From positions 128,001-192,000 of the forward strand of contig CBDCXV010000009.1 of assembly GCA_965223905.1 (NCBI GenBank): a DNA stretch of 64,000 nt. The letters run 5' to 3'. Source of the stretch: Candidatus Latescibacterota bacterium. Its GTDB lineage: Bacteria > Latescibacterota > UBA2968 > UBA8231. Each line of letters begins with the position of its first letter. Within the stretch, counting starts at the first letter, position 1. A program made the position numbers and the translations under genes. Positions 58,795 through 64,000 of this stretch are shown here, one piece after another. Under the pieces are notes generated by a model. It saw only the letters and a program-made list of their open reading frames with translations, was not told the origin of the DNA and did not search any database.

Positions 58795-60462
58795 ATGACT
58801 GAACACCTCCCCGCGCTGGCGCGCCTCTGTTTTCGCGTTCCCCCAGAGCGCATGTCCGAGTTCGAGAGCGCCTTCGAGAGCAGGCTGCTGCCGCGACTGC
58901 AGGACCGCGGTCTCACCCCGGCAGCCGATCTCGGCCGCCCCACGGTTCCCGGGGTCTTTCACCGGCTGTTCCCCCTCGAGGAGACAGGGCAGATAACACG
59001 GGTCCGCGGCGATCTCGAGGCGGACGCGGACTGGGCGGCGGCGCTCGATGAAATCGGGGGAGATCTCGGCGCGACGATTTCCTGCACCTTCCACAGCTAT
59101 CGCGCCGCCGGCGTGCAGGGGCGCCGCGTCGATGTCGACGAATCGACCGAGGGCGGCTGGACGACCTACACCACCGCCAACCTCGTTTCCGGCGACCTCG
59201 TCACCTGCATTCTGCGCGACAGCCGGCAGCGGTTCTGGTTTACGACCGCCCACGCCGGCACCACCATGTTCGACGGAAACCAGTGGCACGACTTCGAACC
59301 GGAGACGGGACTGCCTGTCGACCGCTGCTGGGCGCTGTTCGAAGACAGCGAGGGAGGGATCTGGTTCGGTTCTCACCGCAGCGGGGTGACCCGGTTCCAC
59401 GGCGACAGCTGGATGTCGTTCACGCAGGAAGACGGCTTGCCCAGCAACAGCGTGATTTCCGGATACCAGGACGGACAGGGGAGGCTCTGGTTCGGATCGG
59501 ACGTGTCGGAAGCGGGAGAGGGCCTCGCCTGCCTGAAAGGGGATTCCTGGACCCTCATAACCGTCGCCGACGGCCTCGCCGACAATCGCGTCAAGTGGAT
59601 CACCCAGGACCGCGACAACCGCCACTGGATCGGGACAGCCGGAGGGGTTTCGGTCTACGACGGATCGGGGTGGCGGACCTACGACACCGGGGACGGGCTC
59701 CCCGGAAACTGGGTCGAAACGATTCTGCAGGATCGCGAAGGAGACATGTGGGTCGCCACGGACCGCGGCCTCGCCCATTTCGACGGCGTCGAGTGGACGG
59801 GGTACACGGCCCAGGACGGGCTCCCCGGGAGCTGGGTGACCGCGGCCTTCCAGGACAGCCGCGACATTCTCTGGTTCGGGACCTTGAACGCCGGCGTCTG
59901 CTGTTTCGACGGGGAGACCTTCCAGACACTCAATCACGAAGACGGCCTTTCCGGGGATGCCGTCTGGTGGATCTACGAGGACGAGATGGGGGACCTCTGG
60001 TTCGCGACCGACGGCGGGGTGTCGCGCTACCGCCCGCCGGAGCCGGATCCTCCGGCGGTGAAGCTGAATGCGGTTACCGCCGACAGGCGCTACGAGCAGT
60101 TCGACGACCTGGTCCTTCCGGCGTCGGCCGACCTCGTCGCCTTCGAGTTCGACGGGGAGAGCCCGCACACCCGTCACAGCGGCCTGGTGTACCGGCACCG
60201 GCTCGTCGGCTGCGACGACGAATGGCGCACCACGTACCGGCGCCGCGCCGAATACAGCTATATAGAGCCGGGCACCTACAAGTTCCAGGTGCAGGTTGTA
60301 GACCAACTCCTCGACTACTCTCCCATCCTCGAGACCGAGTTCACGGTGCAGGACCTGCAGGGGGACCGCATCGGCGAACTCGAAGAAAGCGTGGCCGAGC
60401 TGTCGCGCCGGCTCGAGGAGGCGAACCGCCGGCTGCGGGACGCCGGTCTTCCCCAGGCATAA
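58795..60462 (+). CDS. Two-component-regulator beta-propeller + Y_Y_Y domain protein without output domain
   Basis: Repeated DGLPxNxV...QDxxGxxWFGT units, YRHRLVG..W...Y....PGTYKFQVQ, short C-terminal coiled coil; start MTEHLP. Confidence 0.85.
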   Translation: MTEHLPALARLCFRVPPERMSEFESAFESRLLPRLQDRGLTPAADLGRPTVPGVFHRLFPLEETGQITRVRGDLEADADWAAALDEIGGDLGATISCTFHSYRAAGVQGRRVDVDESTEGGWTTYTTANLVSGDLVTCILRDSRQRFWFTTAHAGTTMFDGNQWHDFEPETGLPVDRCWALFEDSEGGIWFGSHRSGVTRFHGDSWMSFTQEDGLPSNSVISGYQDGQGRLWFGSDVSEAGEGLACLKGDSWTLITVADGLADNRVKWITQDRDNRHWIGTAGGVSVYDGSGWRTYDTGDGLPGNWVETILQDREGDMWVATDRGLAHFDGVEWTGYTAQDGLPGSWVTAAFQDSRDILWFGTLNAGVCCFDGETFQTLNHEDGLSGDAVWWIYEDEMGDLWFATDGGVSRYRPPEPDPPAVKLNAVTADRRYEQFDDLVLPASADLVAFEFDGESPHTRHSGLVYRHRLVGCDDEWRTTYRRRAEYSYIEPGTYKFQVQVVDQLLDYSPILETEFTVQDLQGDRIGELEESVAELSRRLEEANRRLRDAGLPQA

Positions 60463-60494
60463 AAAAACCGGGCGCGCCGCTGCGACGCGCCCGG
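60461..60494 (-). terminator. Intrinsic terminator oriented for a minus-strand transcript
   Basis: CCGGGCGCG-loop-CGCGCCCGG followed by 7 T on the minus strand. Confidence 0.75.
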
Positions 60495-60660
60495 GATACC
60501 TCGGGAACCGGCGGGTAAGGCCGGTTCCGTCCAGGTGATCGACCACCTGGTGAATCCGAAGGTCAGGTGGTCGACCTCCTTATGGGTATACTACTCACAG
60601 ACCACCTCCTTTCTATTCGGCTCCGGGCCTTCGGCGTTTACCGGTGCCTTGAACCCGTGC
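60495..60660 (-). ncRNA. Putative structured small RNA / small-ORF mRNA
   Basis: Several hairpins, two AAGGAGG motifs, four alternating AGGTG(G/A)TC / GA(C/T)CACCT motifs, GTG ORF 60598-60563 (MSSIPIRRSTT), own terminator. Confidence 0.4.
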
Positions 60661-60849
60661 TCATTCATATCGGCCGGCGCAGCGCTATCGGTTTTGAACA
60701 ACCGGCCATCTGGCGGGATGCCAGAAACGGAAACGGCCCTCGTTTCCGTTGCCTTTGGCAAATATAAACAGGGCGGAAAAACAGAGTCAACCGCTTTTAC
60801 CGGTCCGGCCCCAGCGCTGCATATCCCATAACTCCAAGTCCTGCAATCG

Positions 60850-61740
60850 CTACCGGTTCAGCGCATCCAGTGCCGTCGAGAGCCCGAACGCGAGCTGCCG
60901 GCCGGCGGGGAAGTTTCTCCCCCCCAGACTCTGGCGCACCGCCAGCTCGAGGACCGCGTTGCCGGGAAGCGACAGGGTCAGCGCCGGCGCCAGGTAGGTG
61001 ATGCGCTTGATCTGCGTCCTGCTGGGAAAGCCGAAGTCCGTCCCCGTTCGGCCGCGCAACATCTGCAGCTTGAGGGCCAGCCCGATCCTGTCCCCGACGT
61101 CCCCTCCCGCTTCGAGGTCGATCATCCACTCGTCCCCCGGGTCGCGGAGGATCTCCTTGTTTTCGGTGCGCACCCGGTAGCCGACGTCGGCGTTCGCGTA
61201 CAGCGGCAGCGGCCAGAAGGAACGGCCGGCCTGCAGGATGAAGTCGAAGTCCCACTGGCCTTCGCCGACCGGTATCAGGCCGTCCTCGTTGCGGAACTCC
61301 CCCGTCGGCATCTTCACTGCCGTCTTCACAGTGACGACCGCCAGGGTTTGCAACGCCCGCCACTTCGCCAGCAGGCGCAGGTCGCTGAAGCCGCTGTCCC
61401 CCACCGGATCGATGTGGGTGTCGTCGTCGAACTGCTGGTCGAACCAGGGCACCTCCAGGCCGAGATCGAGGCGGTCGCTGGCCCCGAAAAAAACCTCGGC
61501 GAACATCGCCCTCGAGGCGTACTCCCCGTTGAAGCGATACGGCCGCCGGCTCCCGGCCTCGTGCATCCGGCCCGTGAACTCCGGGGCGTTGATGTACCAC
61601 TCCCGGGCGTGCTGCCGGAACCAGGTGACCTTGCCCCAGACGCTGCCGGCCGGAAGCGTCCAGGCGCCGGCTCCGGCCGCGTCGGGAACGAGAATCCCCG
61701 CGACGGCGCACAACGTCACTGCCCACTGCTTCCGAAGCAT
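60850..61740 (-). CDS. Secreted/outer-membrane beta-barrel-like protein ('transporter', MetA-pathway-like)
   Basis: Signal peptide then AWTLPAG; GFSDLRL..KWR, KMPTG, PVGEGQWD alternating beta-strand pattern. Confidence 0.6.
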   Translation of the reverse strand: MLRKQWAVTLCAVAGILVPDAAGAGAWTLPAGSVWGKVTWFRQHAREWYINAPEFTGRMHEAGSRRPYRFNGEYASRAMFAEVFFGASDRLDLGLEVPWFDQQFDDDTHIDPVGDSGFSDLRLLAKWRALQTLAVVTVKTAVKMPTGEFRNEDGLIPVGEGQWDFDFILQAGRSFWPLPLYANADVGYRVRTENKEILRDPGDEWMIDLEAGGDVGDRIGLALKLQMLRGRTGTDFGFPSRTQIKRITYLAPALTLSLPGNAVLELAVRQSLGGRNFPAGRQLAFGLSTALDALNR

Positions 61741-61921
61741 CGACTCGCGACCTTTCCTGGTTTCGTTTCCGCTACCCACCCTCTTGAAAAAGCGGATTCG
61801 CCATTGCGTCCCCGAGGAATTTCCGCGGCCGGCGCTCGAGCCAAATTGCCCGACCTCGCCGGCACAGCGACTTTTTCATTGCGGCCCGGCGGCACCCGGG
61901 AAAAAACATACCTCCTTTTCC

Positions 61922-63220
61922 ATGCACCTGCTGACCCTCGGACTCAACCACGAAACCGCCCCCGTAGAGACGCGCGAGCAGCTCGCTTTTTCCCCTGCGG
62001 ACCAGACCCAGGTGATGCAGCGTCTCGTCGGCGACTACGGCATCGAGGAGGCCGCGGTGCTGTGCACCTGCAACCGCTCCGAGATTTACGCGGTAAGCGG
62101 CGATCTCCACGGGCTCGACGGGGTGCGCCGGTACCTGTCGAGCGAGCACGACGTCGACCTCGCCGAGCTCTCCCCCTGTCTCTACGAGTTCGCCGACGCC
62201 GACGCCGCCATGCACCTGTTCCGGGTCGCCTGCGGCATCGACTCCCTGGTCACCGGGGAATCGCAGATACTCGGACAGGTGCGCGAGGCCCTGGAGCGGG
62301 CGCAGCAGACGCGAACGGCGCGGCGGTTCATCAACGAGGTGTTTCAGCGCGCCCTGAGGGCGGGGAAGCGGGCGCGGAGCGAAACCGACATCGGGAGCGG
62401 CCGCCTGTCGGTCAGCAGCGCCGCGGTCGAGCTCGCGGGGCAGATCTTCGACCGCCTCGAGGGCCGTTCGGCGTTGCTCCTCGGGGCCGGCGAGATGATA
62501 GAGCTCACGGCCCGTTATCTAGTCGACAGCGGCATCGAGCGGTTCCTGGTCGCCAACAGGACCTTCGAGCGGGCCCGGGAGCTGGCGCGCCGCTTCGGCG
62601 GCGAGGCGGTGCCATTCGCCGACTTCGGCGAGCGCCTCGAGCAGGTCGACATCGTCATTTCCTCGACCGCGGCTCCCGGTTTCGTCATCTCGCCGGAGAT
62701 GATCGACGAGGCGATGCACCGCCGGCGCGGGCGTCCGCTTTTCATGATCGATATCGCCGTGCCCCGCGACGTCGACCCGGCAGTGCGCGACGTCGACAAC
62801 CTCTTCCTGTTCGACATCGACGACCTCGAGGAGGTCGTCAGGGCCAACCGCCGCGAGCGCGAGCAGGAGATCTTCCAGGTGCAGGAGGTCATCGACAGCG
62901 AGCACCGCGAGTTCGTGCACTGGCTCAACGCCCTGGAAACCGGCCCCCTGGTCAAGTCGCTGCGGCGCCACGCCGACGACCTGCGCCGACAGGAGCTCGA
63001 CCGCTGGATGGCCAAGCTCTCCCACCTGTCCGACGAGGATCGCGAAACCGTGGAGGCGGCCCTGCGCGGTTACGCCAACAAGCTGCTTCATCATCCCATG
63101 GTGGAGATCCGCAACCTCGCCGGCGAGGAGGACGGGTACGTCCGTCTCGAGACCGTGCGGCGCCTGTTCGGGCTCGACCGCATGGAGGGGGAGGATCCCG
63201 GCGGAGGGAAGGACCCGTGA
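61922..63220 (+). CDS. hemA: Glutamyl-tRNA reductase
   Basis: GLNHETAPVETRE, CTCNRSE, GIDSLVTGESQILGQV, GAGEM, DIAVPRDVD. Confidence 0.97.
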   Translation: MHLLTLGLNHETAPVETREQLAFSPADQTQVMQRLVGDYGIEEAAVLCTCNRSEIYAVSGDLHGLDGVRRYLSSEHDVDLAELSPCLYEFADADAAMHLFRVACGIDSLVTGESQILGQVREALERAQQTRTARRFINEVFQRALRAGKRARSETDIGSGRLSVSSAAVELAGQIFDRLEGRSALLLGAGEMIELTARYLVDSGIERFLVANRTFERARELARRFGGEAVPFADFGERLEQVDIVISSTAAPGFVISPEMIDEAMHRRRGRPLFMIDIAVPRDVDPAVRDVDNLFLFDIDDLEEVVRANRREREQEIFQVQEVIDSEHREFVHWLNALETGPLVKSLRRHADDLRRQELDRWMAKLSHLSDEDRETVEAALRGYANKLLHHPMVEIRNLAGEEDGYVRLETVRRLFGLDRMEGEDPGGGKDP

Positions 63221-64000
63221 CCGCGGCCTGCCTCCTCTTTCTCGGGGTGTCGCTCTGTTGCTACCTGGCCGCGGCCTTCCTGTATCACGTCCGGCTGTTC
63301 TTCAACAAGCCGCACCTGGACCGCTGGGGGCGAAATGGGTTGCTGCTGGGGGTGGCCGTCCACGCCGCGGGGGTGATCCTCCACCTGCTCCTGTCGGGGC
63401 AGCCCCCCTTTTCCAGCATGCTGCTGGTGGTTTCGCTGCTGATCATCCCCTTCGTGGGAGCCGGCCTGGCCGTCGAGGAGTTCACGCGCGTTCGCCATCT
63501 CGGCCTGCTGCTGGCCCCGCTGGCCTTTCTCGGCCTGCTCTACCCGCTGCTGATGCCGGTGCAGTTCGACGAGGCCGAGTCGATGCTCCTGCGCTTCCCC
63601 TGGCTCGGCGTTCACGTCCTCGTCACCCTGCTGGGGAACGCTGGCTTCGCCCTCGCCTTCTGCACCGCGGCGATCTATCTCATTCAGTCCCGGCAGCTGA
63701 AGAGGGGCCGCCTCAATCGCTATCTGCCGGCCCTGGACACCGCAGGACGGATCACCGACTACGCGGTCGGATACGGCTTCTTCCTGTTTTCGGCAGGGCT
63801 GGCGATGGGCCTGGTCTGGCTGCTCGGGGCGCCGGGGGAATTCCTCGGGCGGGGGGACCCGAAGATCCTGATGGCCGTGCCGACCTGGCTCGCGTACGCC
63901 GCCTACCTGTACCTGCGCGGCGTCCGCGGCGAGTACGGGAGCCGCCTGAAATGGCTGGTGATCGCCGGGTTTCTGTTCGTCGTCGCCAATCTGCTCGGCG
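63217..64000 (+). CDS. ccsA: Cytochrome c biogenesis CcsA/HemX-like membrane protein (runs off right edge)
   Basis: GTG overlapping the hemA stop (GTGA); multi-TM, WLGVHV, LPALD, DPK motifs; hemA-ccsA adjacency. Confidence 0.8.
   Translation, partial: MTAACLLFLGVSLCCYLAAAFLYHVRLFFNKPHLDRWGRNGLLLGVAVHAAGVILHLLLSGQPPFSSMLLVVSLLIIPFVGAGLAVEEFTRVRHLGLLLAPLAFLGLLYPLLMPVQFDEAESMLLRFPWLGVHVLVTLLGNAGFALAFCTAAIYLIQSRQLKRGRLNRYLPALDTAGRITDYAVGYGFFLFSAGLAMGLVWLLGAPGEFLGRGDPKILMAVPTWLAYAAYLYLRGVRGEYGSRLKWLVIAGFLFVVANLLG

Noticed and set aside
61238-61921. Upstream extension of hemA to 660 aa
   Set aside because: It is antisense to the gene at 60850-61740; HemA homology starts at MHLLTLGLNH.

Overview
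High-GC bacterial chromosomal segment. A FlgD/T9SS-like 'LAQNYPNPFNP' C-terminal domain, an alpha2-type GlyRS and propeller-YYY proteins suggest an FCB-superphylum lineage such as Latescibacterota/Gemmatimonadota (inference). The left and central parts are mostly housekeeping: sat 3' end, purN, arsC, prpBC, purA, serA, engB, clpX-clpP-tig, tRNA-Leu(TAG), glyQS, recO, ftsB, proB, hisF/H, proC, carA, aroC. A four-gene RND efflux operon follows, then a redox cluster divergent from an ArsS-type radical SAM gene, a secreted DUF255 protein, ggt, and hemA-ccsA at the right end. I saw no transposase, integrase, prophage or CRISPR array. The most notable items are: (1) the ArsS / flavoprotein / membrane-polyferredoxin / DUF3179 cluster at 43.4-51.1 kb; (2) a tandem UxaA/GarD-type protein whose two modules have lost complementary motifs; (3) a terminated, structured minus-strand RNA at 60.5 kb with alternative SD/anti-SD pairings around an 11-aa ORF; (4) a histone-H1-like SWIB protein with a 14-nt 16S-complementary leader ORF and stacked sigma54/sigma70/palindrome promoter elements; (5) a degenerate repeat found three times, always between convergent genes; and (6) an orphan adenosine deaminase with an RdrB-like insertion. 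All calls come from motif recognition by eye; no searches were run.
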